Below, one piece after another: positions 35,573 through 47,495 of a DNA stretch of 64,000 nucleotides (position 1 is its first letter; each line of letters starts with the position of its first letter). Both the position numbers and the translations under genes were made by a program. This DNA comes from Paragordius varius. Lineage: Eukaryota > Animalia > Nematomorpha. The notes under the pieces are model-generated. The model searched no databases and was not told the origin of the DNA. It saw nothing but the letters and a program-made list of their open reading frames with translations. The stretch spans positions 9,300,001 through 9,364,000 of the forward strand of contig OZ176050.1 in the NCBI GenBank assembly GCA_964247055.1, read 5' to 3'.

Positions 35573-37870
35573 TCTATATATTTATAAATAATGGAAAATG
35601 GTGGCTTTGTGATCTGTTTCCGGAAAACCAGTAGACCTATTCTAGTCCAAATATAGAAAAAGTATAATCATTAATAAATGCCCCGACAATAGCTTCTTTT
35701 TGAATTAGGCCCCCAGTTCGGGCCCACCCCGTGTAAAAAACGGGTTTTTTTGAAAAAACAACTTCAAAATCGTGTCTTGACAATTTTCCCGAAAACGTGT
35801 TGGACCATTCTATTTCAAATATAACTTTTTTACTTTTTTCCAATTGCGCCGAACATAGTCGGATCGCTTTTTTAATTTAGTGACTCTTTTTACCCGCTCC
35901 CCCCGTAAAATGCCATTTTTTGAAAAAAAAATCCACAAAAATAATTTTTTAAATCTATTTTCGCCCAAGGTATGAGACCGTAAAAATTCAATAAATGTTC
36001 CAGGTATTCCCTGTTAAAAGGCAAAAATTTTAGTCAAGCGTTTCTTTGATGATAGCTGCTGGGTAAGGAGATATCCGCTAAAAACTGACCCATCATATCG
36101 CAATAGCGTGCTTTTGGGGTTAAATTTCAGAAAACCTATCAGGCCATATGAGTTCAATTCGTGCTTAAAATATTACCCGTAGAAGGTCAAAAATTTAAGT
36201 CCAGCGGATTTTTTAAAATAGCGGTTAAATAGGCTCTTAACGCCCTAAAAAATACGCTATCATTATTTAGTAATGAAGCCATTCTTCCATAAACTATTAA
36301 GAACATATGGAAGGAATGATGATTCCAGGTATTCCCGTATAGAGGCAATTTTTTTTATCTAACTACATTTTTATATTGGCCTCTGGGTAGGAGGCCACCC
36401 GCCTAAAACTACGGCACCATATCAAAATTGCGTTGTTTAGGATTAATTTTCAGAAATCAGGCCATATAAGTTTTATAAGGGCCTGAAATATTACCCGTAA
36501 AAGGCAAAGATTTAAGTCGAGCGGTTTTTTTAAATTAGCGGTTAAATAGGCTTTTTATGCCCTAAAAATGCGCTATCATTGAACTATTAATTAGTTATGA
36601 AGTCATTCTTCCATAAACTATTAAGAGCATATGGAATGAATGATTCCAGGTATTCCCATATAAAGGCAAAAAATATTATCGAACGTCTTTTTGATATTGG
36701 CATCTGGGTAGGGAGCTACCGCCTAAAACTGCTAAACCATATCAAAATGCGTTGTTTAGGATTAATTTTCAAAAAGTAGGCCATATAAGTGTTATTAGGG
36801 CCTGAAATATTACCTTTAAAAGGCAAAAATTTAAGTCGGACGGATTTTTTAAATTAGCGGTTAAATAGGCTCTGGGTAGGGGGCTACCCGCGTAAAATAG
36901 CGTCATTATATCGACACAGAATGCCTTTGGAGCCAAATTTCAGAAAACTTATGAAACTATGTGAGTTCAATAAGGGCCTAAAATATTTATTACCCCTTAA
37001 AAAACAAATATTTTAGTATAGGGGGTTATTTCAATGAGTCGCTAAGAAAAGTTTTACTCCCTGAAAAATTCGCCGCTATAGAACAACCTTTTGGTTTTGA
37101 AGCAATATTTTCAAGAATAGGAACATATGGAAATTTTCCAGATATTCCCCATATAAACACAAAAGTTTTGCCCGACGCTTTATTATACCTGCCTCTGGGT
37201 AAGTACCCGCCAAAAACTGTGCCACTATATGGAAATTGCGTTGTTTTGGAACTAATTTAAAACTTATGCCATATGAGCTTATTTAAAGTTCGAAATATTA
37301 CCCGTAACTAGATAAAAACTAAGGTCAGGCCTTTTTTATTAGCCGTTAATTTGGAGCCTTTATGCCCTAAAAATACGCCATCAAACGATTATTTAGTGTT
37401 AAGGTATTTTTTCGCATAACCCATGACACAATGGTTCCAAAGATGATTCCAAATATTTTCCCTATAAAGGCAAAATATTTAACCTAGCGCTTTTTCCGTA
37501 TAGGCCTATGGGTAGGGGTCTACACGTTTAAAACTGAGACGCCATACAAGAATGGCGTTTTGGAGCTAATTTTCAAAAAACTTAAGAAGTTATACGAGTT
37601 CAATAAAGGTTTTAATATTACCCATAAAAAGGTAAAATTTATGGTATAGCGTTTTTTTCCGTTAGCCGTCCATTTGGGGCCTTTACACCAGTAAACAATA
37701 TATTAGAATGAATGCATGTTTTGAAAATCCTATGAGATCATAGCTATTAAATAAGTTACGAAAAAATTTACATATATGGATCATTTTATTGTCCCTTTTT
37801 TCAAATAGCCTCCCCCCCAGAATTCAGAAAGACTTCCTCGGGATGCGTAGCAGCACGAGATATACGCTAG
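35573..37870 (+). mobile_element. Helitron-like non-autonomous element containing a tandem satellite array
   Basis: 5' end A|TCTATATATTTATAAA. 3' end GCGTAGCAGCACGAGATATACGCTAG|T (CTAG terminus preceded by a GC-rich tract). Inserted between A and T with no TSD. The first ~400 bp match 5382-5790. Confidence 0.7.
36000..37700. repeat. ~320-bp tandem repeat, about 5 units, each built of two related ~160-bp halves
   Basis: Unit start CCAG(G/A)TATTCC at 36000, 36325, 36646 and 37138, with a degenerate CCAAATATTTTC at 37449 (spacings 325, 321, 492, 311). An AAAGGCAAAAATTT(T)AGTC-like motif occurs twice per unit. Confidence 0.9.
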
Positions 37871-38127
37871 TGACTAATAATAGCTCTCGTTAGTGTAAAC
37901 TAATAACTGGCCGTTTTTTCTTGTAAACATTATTTTTTATATTTTTGCCAAATACGGAAATATTGCCATATCTTATTTTCGAATATTAAAATTTGGTTTT
38001 GATACGTAAATAATTATTATATAATCCAACCGTCATTGTGCCTTCTACCAAGGTATAAAGCATTTCTGTCCACAGTCGGTACCCTGATTCTCACTAATTT
38101 ATAGTTATTTACCCTTTGGTTCTAAAC

Positions 38128-38376
38128 CAGGGGTGTACAACATGCAACCCTCTGACATTTGTGCTGCCCGAGAAAATCTGATAACTATGATTTGCAAAAA
38201 TATGCTTACAAAATCTTGTAATGATATATCTCAAACAAAATTTTCTAATATTTATACAATTGGCAATAACTAGAAAAAATGTTATTTTGTGTTTGAATTT
38301 TACAGTCGTTTGTTTGAAGTCTAATATATTAATGAATGCCTATAGCCCGCGAAGCCATTTGTGTTGGACACCCCTG
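38128..38376. mobile_element. 249-bp hAT (Charlie/Buster-type) MITE
   Basis: TIRs CAGGGGTGTACAAC / GTTGGACACCCCTG (13/14 match). Degenerate 8-bp TSD TTCTAAAC / TTCTACAA. Confidence 0.8.
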
Positions 38377-39239
38377 TTCTACAAAAATGTTTTATTATAT
38401 TCCTTATAATTTTTTTATTAATATTCGCTTATTTTTTGCTGTAACGTTTAGGTCATTATTGATTAATTATTGAAAATTTTAATTAAAACTAAAAAGCATC
38501 TTTTAGAATCCTAAATTTTACCAACATTATAATTTTGGTCACACTAGGGAATGTCCTTCAAAATTTAATTATGCTTGAAATAGCTAGATATTATTCAATA
38601 AAATTTTTGTTTCAACGGAAAATATTTTGACCAACGATTTTTATAAAGTTAATTATCGAAAATGATTAAAAACTTTTATTTTTCATATCGAGATTCGTAT
38701 AGTGTGGCAACATTATATATTAATCATATATTTGGTTTAAATTAATTAGTTAAAACAAGTTTTTGGTAGGTTGTTGTATAAAACCAGTAAAAGTCACATG
38801 AATCCAAATATATATTTATATGTACAATATTAATTATTAAATATGGCAGCTTCTATGAGGAAAAAAACTTTGTAATCTTCCTTGGATGGGGATGTGAATG
38901 AGGTGGTTTGCAAAATTCCGTTTTTGGCAAAAGGATGAATAATTATTTAGTAATTACTTTAATATTGTATAAAACATCTCCAAAAATATATTAGATAATA
39001 TCTTTACAGAAAAAACTTTATATTGCACATGATAATAATATTGTGAATTCTAGGGATAATAAAATATTCATTCATGCGTATGAGAAGCATGAAATATATA
39101 AAATGCATGCGTGATTTAATTTGTTTGTAACTTGAGGAAATTAATTTTCTTAAAAAGGCATATATACATACAGTTACAATAAAAAATCCATGTTGGTTTT
39201 TTAAATAAATTGTGACAAGGTTTTAAACTGTGTAAAAGG

Positions 39240-42200
39240 CTAATTTTTAAAACGATTTAGTTTACGTGCCATAAAAAGATTTTGTTGTTGAGCTCGTTTT
39301 TTATCACGACTTTGTCCAAATTTACAGCATAGGATACGTTTAAAGTTTTTACGGAAATTTGCATTGCACATGGCGTAACAAATGGGGTTTATTGTGCTAT
39401 TTATGTAACATAGGTAATAACTAAAGGCCCAGAGAGCTTCAGGCAAACAATCTACGCAAAATGCCCCAATAAGCACCAAAATATTATATGGCGTCCATGT
39501 TATGATAAAGGCAAAAAGTATTGCAGTTAATGTTTTAGCTGCTTTTTTATCTTGTTTTTTCTCTATTCTCCTTTTACGAGACTTTTCCTTGGTTGCGTAG
39601 GACGATTGCATGGATAGAGTGGTTCCCATATCATCTCCAGACAAGACGGTGCTTTGTGAAACCTTGTCTATAGAGTAACTATTGGCAAGAGTTAAACCCT
39701 TTTTCGGTAAGTTTGGGAATGTGTTGATTTTGGTCGTATTTTTATTTAATTGTTGGTTACTTGATTGGTGTAAAGTTGTTTCGATTGATTGATGCATATT
39801 TTTATCGGTATGCTCATTTTTAATGCACATGGATGGAACAAATTCGGATGTTGGTAAAGCAGATGTATTATTATATGGTTGAATTAATGTTTTCTGTTTC
39901 TTCAACATAATTGAAAGCTTTTGCCCTTTTCCCGCATTGTTGGATACCAGAACATTTTTCGTTGGTATTTTTGGATGTTTGCGTAGAATATCATTCCTAT
40001 AACGAATCGGGAATATACGGTTTAGATTTAAATAAATGTGTTTTTTCTTTTTATTTATTGGAATTGTGACCTTTTTCTTGGTATGCGTTTTTATATAAGC
40101 TTCTTTGAATCGAGCTACCGAAGTCTGTGAAGAATTTTCATGTGATTTTTGCCTTTCGCTCTCTGGGTTTTCAATTATCACAACTTTTTCATGAGAGCTT
40201 GCCGGTAAAATAATGACTTTTTCATCGGTAATTTGTGTAGAATTTTTTGCATTTAAATTATTCATTCCTGTTTTCTTGGTAACCAAGTTTTGAACACGAG
40301 GATTGAGCATAGGTTGCTTTTCCGAACCTAAAAGAGAGTGCAGTGTAGTTTGTGAAGAATCAATGCTCCTTGTATCCGTCTTTCCCGATATGGTATAATA
40401 TGTGTTGGTGACAGAATCATATATTTTGCTTTGTCGCTTTCGATCCCATGGCAATGTTTCACATGATGAGTCTAACGAAGATGTCATGTGGCAAAGTGAT
40501 GTTTCTTGATAACTGGCATAGTGGGTATGCGATAATGGATTTTCTTCCAAATTTATCTTATCTTGTGAATGACGAAATATGTCTTTGGCTGTCAGAGGAA
40601 TCTTGTATATTAGCGAGGAAAATTCTCTTAATTCATTTTTATTGACTGTTATCGAAGTTGTTCGTGAATGCCCGTTATGTGAACTATCATTGTTATTATT
40701 TATATTCATACGTCTATAATAGACACTTTGAGTGGTGCAACTTTGTTCATGGACTGTTTGTACAGTTCTATTTTTTATATAAAGATTTGATGCGTTTGTT
40801 GTGCATTCCGTTTCATACAATTTAACCATTTTAATTGATGCTTCTGTCTCTTGAGCAGTTTGGGTGGATGGTAATTGTATGACTATCGTATATGTATCGC
40901 TTGGTACCGTAGATGTAGTTGGCTGTTGTACAGATTTTGATACGCCCAAGTTGTTGATCGAAGAGGAATAGGATGAATCAAATGTTTGTGATTTACACAA
41001 ATTTGGTGGTTGTATATAACTCGGTAAAATATTATTCGGATTCGCTAATGTACTGCCAACAAGTGGAGACGGATGTTTTGGCAAATGCTTACTGATGTTT
41101 GATTTAACGGAACTGCTGTTTGCTCGACCAAACCGATTATTACCATTCTTCCTTGTGTCAATTCTGAATGATGCTGAGGCTTGTTCGCTTTCATCTTCTT
41201 CATCTTCATTGCCTTCAATAACTTCCTCGTCCATAAGTGAAAAGCAATTTGTGAAACGAATGTAACAACGATACCACCATTTTGCGTCTGCCAGTGATGA
41301 GGTGGTTTTGGCAGTTTTACCAGAACCCGGGACTCTAAGTAACTCATACACAGGTTTAACAGTTGTGGAATCTGACTGCACAGGTGTTACTAACATTTTG
41401 CCTTTTCGCTGCGAAGACGGTTCATCACTAGATGTCGATTTTTTACTCATATTGTTTTCCCCTTGTAGATATGGTAATTCTTTTTGACGTTTTTGTGTCT
41501 CCCGCCACACTCTCCAATACAAAATGCTCATCACAGTCACGGGTAAATAAAAGGCCGCCATAGCGGTACCCGTTGTTAGATATGGATTTGATTTTAGAAA
41601 TTGGATATAACAATCACCATGAGGTACTGTACGTTTTCCCTCTATGTATGGGTAACCTATGATCCATGGTGGCCATAAAATAAGAGAAACTATCCAACAC
41701 AGCGAGATCATGAATCCGGCTCTTTTAGGAGTCCTGTTAGCTCTGTATGTTAAGGGCCGTGTTACGGAAAAATACCGATCCAAACAAATGGCCACCAAAT
41801 TTAGCACAGATGCGTTGCTCATAAGGTAATCAATGGCTAGGTACATGTCACAAAGAAATGGACCAAATGGCCAATAACTTTTAAGGACGAAAACAGTATA
41901 CAGAGGCATGGATACGATACCTAAAATTATAATATATATTATTAAATTTGGGATCAAACATAAATTTTTATTTGACAAGTCGTAGTGTTTATAATCCCAT
42001 TAACTTTAAAACCGAAAGTTATCACTTTGAAAAAATAATGCATTCTTAACTAAATGAAATAAAAAAATTCTAAAAGTTTTGGAAATCGAAAAAATACAAT
42101 ACATTATTCTGAGTTATACTTTAATTTAATAAGTAAATGTGTTAAATTGGTCTTTGGTTATTAATATATGTTTTAAACTGTATTAGGATTTTTTAAAATT

Positions 42201-45200
42201 TGTTATCAGTGGGATGTTGAGACAAGTTAAAAATATGCATTCTATAGCCTTTTTGGCGAATTATTGGTTTTAAATCTGTTTTGCGCTTGAAACAATAAAA
42301 ATGAAACAAAGGCATATAAATTTGTACATTTAACCATTATCTATTAAATTCAAAAGTTATTTTATTATTAAAAATATTATAAAAAGAGTTCTTCCCAAAA
42401 ACAGCTGTGCCCGAAATCAGATTTTTTGAGTTTAATATCCTTATATGCAACGTGACCTCTAATTATTTTCGTATTCTATGAGATGGTTGGTTGCCCTTTG
42501 CAAAAATATTAAAATTAACACTTTATGACCATTTGGAGCATTTTTATTCCCATAGCGATTTGAAATTTGAATATCTTAAAGGATATTTAAGGTATTAAGC
42601 CGAATTTTAAAATATGCTTTCTTTAGCCTTTTAGGCGCATTATACCAATTTTTTCAAATAAAGGTAAAATTGTTAAAATATCCTTATCTTTTTCTCTTTC
42701 ATTTTTTTCTTTAGAGTTTTTAATATCGCTTATTATATAAGAAAATAATAAATGTATATTATGGTTAGAAAATGCAAATAATTGACTTCAGTAAGCTTTC
42801 ATGCTGTATTATACCAAAAAATGTGATATTTTTTTATTTTAAAATCAGCTGTTTAATCGTGTTTTGGAGTTGTCCCAATTTTATACTATAATAAGAAAAC
42901 TGTTTTTTATCTAATACAGGAGAACAAAGTTAAAAATTAAATTTAAATAAAATGACTTTCAAACCAGTAGTTTCTTAAGATTGAGCTCTGGTATATATAA
43001 ATATATCAATATGTCATCGCGGACAAAAAAGTAAAAAGGTCATGAAGTGTTAAATTACATTTTCGAGTTATACTTTATAACATATTTAACAGTTTATTAC
43101 GTTTTTATCTTTTTTTGTCTGCGATGACATTTTGGGGTTTTCGACAGAGCTCAAATTAAACAAATTAAAAATAGCGTTCTTACAGTTAACTTATGGGCTA
43201 AAATTGAAATAGCCCCAAAACACGATTTAAAAACAGCTGATATTAAAATCATAAAATATCGAAAATATGCTGTTTTGCAATTTGAAAGCTTTTGTGCAAT
43301 TATTTATATTTTTCAACCATAATATTTTGCCTGTTGTCTTAATGATTCAAAAAACAAAGAAAAAAAATGGCGGCGAAAAAGTTTGAGATGAGGATTATTA
43401 CATTTTGAAAAAATCTAATCCTGTGCCTAAAAAGCTAAAAATATTTAATTTAGCCCAACGTAACTTTTTTTAAGTTGTTTAAATTTAAATGGCCCTGGGA
43501 TATAGAATTACCCCAAAAAGTCTGATGTGTTAAGCCTCTGAAATAAACACCCCAAAAACATATATAAATTCAATGAAGTGTAAATGTAAAAACCTATTGT
43601 AATAATTTATCAGTCATTATACATTAAAAAGGATATTTATAATTCAAAATCATTATATTTTCATCCGTAAAAAGAATTACGGTTGCTAAAATTAAATGTG
43701 GATGGAATAAACAACTTTGCTATCATTCATAACTTTGAATATATGACATTTTTAAAAACAGTCAGCAAAAATTAAGAGTAATCTTTAGCCCTTAAAATAT
43801 AATTTTTCAGTTAATCAACACTTCAAGCAAACGCAACATTTTCCATCCAAACAGAATTAAAAATGTTGCGTTTGTTTAAAAATGCTTTTGAATGAAAAAT
43901 GGTATACTATCAGCTTTCTAAAATATTACAATACATATGATGAGAGCCAAAAACGGAAAATTAATTTATACCACAAATATAATAAATAATTATGCTTGAT
44001 CTATTTATCAAATAATTTTATTTTAATTTGTCTAAAGTATATACCTTAAAAAACTTTATGATTCTTTACTTTTACAGTGTAAAAAAATATTTGTAAAAGA
44101 TAATATTAGGAGTAAAAAAATGAATATTAGTGAAAATAAAAAAGAAACAAAGAGCCATGGTGCACGAGTAAGCATTACCATGCCCATCAAATAATAATTA
44201 TTTTTTACTATTTATAATGAAGGAAAGAATATTACGTAGTAGTATGGTATTACATACTCGATAAATGCCGTTCCTTTCCTTTTTATCTTCCACTAATAGT
44301 AAAAAATAATTATTATTTGATGGGCATGGTAATGCTTGCTCGTGCACCATGGCCCTTTGTTTCTTTTTTAATTTCAGTAATATTCATTTTTTACACCTAA
44401 TATTAATTTCTTTACAACAAATATTCTTTATTTAATTCACTGTAAAAAAAATGCGGTATCCCTTTTATTTTTCCAAAAATGGGATAGTTAAGATACTAGC
44501 ACACTACAACTTCTAAAATAGATTTATATTATACATCAAAAGATTTATTTTCAGTGAGATCCAATTTATAAAAATAAACAATCAAAGCTTCGAATCGGAG
44601 CCGCAACCACATAAAACCGGAGGCTCCTGATATTTTAGCAAAAACCGTTCCGTTAAGTTGCAACGAACCCAGTTCCGACTCCACTCTCTTTGAAATAAGC
44701 CCTAAGTCAATAATTTTATTATTTAGATACTATACCAATTATATATTAATTTTAAGCGATCTTATGGAACCATAACATAATGGACAACAAAACGTGGTGA
44801 AGATTTTAAAATTCGTAAGTAAATTGAATGCGTATTTTGAAAATTTTAGCCATAATATTTTAAAGTTTTTTTGGACAAAAATTTCTTTGGGTCTAAAATA
44901 TACAACAAAATGTATCATGATGAGATTTATAGAAAAATATAATATTTTTCTTTATTTTCTTAATTTTTTTATCCAAAAAATTATAAAAACACATATATCA
45001 CATCATCTTAAAACATTTCATCTGTTTTTATATTTTTAAGTTTATTTTTTAATATCCAAATGAGCCATAATTTATTTGTTTTTATTCAAAATTATCTTTA
45101 TCAATAATATTTAAAAACATTAACTGCTAAAAATCGATTAGCCTTTAAATGCGACGTGCCACAATTTGGAAATTCTTAAAGTTTTGCATTTCTCTTTACA

Positions 45201-46270
45201 TACAAATTTCACAAACTAGACATCCCAAAAAATATATAAATTTAAAATAAAAAAAGTATAATTGAACCTATTGTGGTATCAGCAACGGCTAAACTCATAA
45301 GAAAATAATTGCTGACAGTTTGCAATTGTGGATCAATGCGAAAAGCAATCAATACCATTATATTTCCCACTATAGTTAGGAGTGATAGAATAGCCGCAAC
45401 TATTCCGATAATTATAGTTTCTGCCAAGGTGTAACGTTTAAAAACGCTAATTTCTGTCTGTTGAGTTTTTTTGACGACCTCTTCAAGGGTTTTTACCCTT
45501 TCCTTAATGGCAACAGTTATGTTGGGATTTGTTTTGTTTGCCTTTTCCAATTTCGTTAAGATTTTTGTTAAGAGGGCAGTTTCATTTTTTAGTTGACTAA
45601 TATTGGCATTCCGCTCCTGCAGAATGAGAAATTTGGTTAAGTTAAATGGTTTTGATTCATCTTCATCATCGCCCTTTCTGTAAATGAATGGGGCTCCGTG
45701 AATGAGGGTCCGTTTGTTAAACGTGTCAAGCAAATTTATATTAGAAAATTCGTTGCCCAAATCTCGTTTCATTCGATGCTGTTTTTCATGTAAAAGATTA
45801 TTGTATCCCATCAAAAGGGGATTATCTTTGTTGGAAGAGTTTTGATATGAAAAATGATAATTATGCGAATATCTTCTTTTGTATGTCATGTATCTGTTAA
45901 AATTTTGGAATAATAAATTTAAACGATATACCCAATCCCAAAATCTGGGTGGATAATATCGCCCAAAAGGGCGCGAAAAATTTACTTCACCAGATAATAA
46001 AGTTTCGTTATGACTAAATCTTGTTTTGATTGGGGAGGATTTCAACAACAAATTACTCTGAGAGTTTTTTTGACTTCTATTTTTATCGATTGGGAGAAAT
46101 AGCTCTTGTAAATTAAGTGAGTTTTTATGGATAATTAACCCTTGATCACTATGCCGAATTTGATGAAGTGAATTTGCTATGTGACCAGCGAATAAAAAGT
46201 TTAAAATTATATAGAGCAGGAATATCCGAATGTCGGTAAAAAAGCGTAACTGGTGCTTAATAATTTTCAC
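39240..46270 (-). CDS. mAChR-A: Muscarinic acetylcholine receptor, A-type (M1/M3/M5-like, predicted Gq-coupled), two visible coding exons, ~1227 aa; true start uncertain
   Basis: Exon 46270-45268 (TM1-TM2: [30 protein letters not shown]) splices in phase 1 to exon 41920-39240. The second exon has [14 protein letters not shown] (binding Asp), [47 protein letters not shown] and [12 protein letters not shown]. The AAKTL(T/S)AIL motif indicates A-type. The ORF start at 46270 is GTG, not ATG. Confidence 0.93.
42519..43529. mobile_element. ~1-kb TTAA-flanked foldback element (degenerate palindrome over most of its length) in the mAChR intron
   Basis: TTAA|CAC...GTG|TTAA. Nested inverted matches include TGGTTAGAAAATGCAAATAATTG/CAATTATTTATATTTTTCAACCA, AAAATCAGCTGTTTAATCGTGTTTTGG/CCAAAACACGATTTAAAAACAGCTGATATT and ATGTCATCGCGGACAAAAAAG/CTTTTTTGTCTGCGATGACAT. 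Confidence 0.75.
44075..44442. mobile_element. 368-bp Tc1/mariner-type MITE with ~140-bp inverted arms in the mAChR intron
   Basis: TA|CAGTG ... CACTG|TA. Arms 44075-44212 and 44295-44442; the inner 68 bp match at 66/68 positions. Confidence 0.9.
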
Positions 46271-47219
46271 TAGTATATTACTAATGATTAAATTTTATGA
46301 ATATTTTTTCAAATATTGTTTAAAAAATGTGTATGTTTAGAGCATATCTTTATCGTTAAGTAGATTCGAAAGTCCTCAATCGTTCATAATCTATTAGAAA
46401 ACAAAATTACTTTTAATATGTAATAATTTTATAAAATATTTAGGACGGTGTTCAACTTGTTTTTGTTAACACACTCCCGCCCTTTTCTCATAATCAGAGA
46501 CGTAACTTGCATATCTGGCGCGCGGTGAATGAATCCGTGTTGCCCCCTCCCCCCAGCTTAAACGATTAAAGGGACTTTTAATTAAGGGTTGAGGTGTCAT
46601 AAAAACATTAAGTTAATATGTTTTTTATGAGATTAGGTATACACGGGAAAGCGTACTGTTAAGAAATACATACGGTTAAAAAATTCTTTTTAAACAAATG
46701 AATTCGCAATGGCGGTAAAATTTTGATTGATTAAATTGAAAAAACATAGAAGTTTTGACAATAAGCAAAATTTAATTAATTAAACATGACATTACAAATA
46801 TGTAGGGATTATGTTTAAAAAATAATAAATTATTTTTATTAAAAAGTAAGTGTAATTAAAATATGAAGGCAGAATATACAAAAACTGAATATTTTTTTAT
46901 AAAAAACACAATTAAGTATTTAATAAGGGTTTAATCTGTCCAATACCTGATGATGTCACAAAACATTTAATGTGGTAGAACTAGAGTTTTATTAGCTTTA
47001 TATCAAAGACAATTTTTAAATATATAGCAATTTAAGGCAGGAAAAAAAATATATCAGGGAATGGGATATTAGTGTCGAAATAAAAAAATATGAGCATTCC
47101 TCCAATAAGTTATTTATGAATTTGTTAATTGAATCTGGCCATTGAATATTATGTGACTTTTTCATTATGTACATCATTACAAAGTTTATATAACTTTAGT
47201 CAGGTGGCGCGTACAACAT

Positions 47220-47495
47220 ATACCATTTACCCTTCAAATCAAATCACCCTTTAACAATTCAAATTCACCCTAAAAATAAGTTGTGTTTTCGGGATAATAT
47301 AACTCATCATTATGAATTATTTCTTTATGGCATCTTTTATTTCTTTATGGCATAGTCTATTTTTCAAACAAATCCTTTTTTAAAAATATAAAAAATTATA
47401 GGTGTTTAATATTTAAAAAAATTTGGTTTATTCCAAGGTGAATTCGAATTGGCCAAGGGTGAATTTGAACTGTAAATGGGAGAGTATAAAGAGAG
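47220..47495. mobile_element. Small MITE-like element with ~50-bp imperfect inverted ends
   Basis: CCATTTACCCTTCAAAT..AATTCAAATTCACCCT versus AGGTGAATTCGAATT..GGGTGAATTTGAACTGTAAATGG. Boundaries approximate. Confidence 0.55.

Noticed and set aside
36000-37700. CRISPR-like array
   Set aside because: The units are ~320 bp and homologous throughout, with no unique spacers and no cas genes, in a eukaryotic context.
34789-38546. One large Blackjack hAT (TAGGGTGACCA ... TGGTCACACTA) enclosing the Helitron, satellite and MITE
   Set aside because: The 11-bp ends match at 10/11, but the flanking 8-mers (TTTGCCTG vs GGGAATGT) do not form a TSD, so the pairing is unsupported.
16811-46270. PAM and the muscarinic receptor as a functional neuro-signalling gene cluster
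   Set aside because: Adjacency of two co-oriented genes 8 kb apart is weak evidence without conserved synteny. It is noted only as context.
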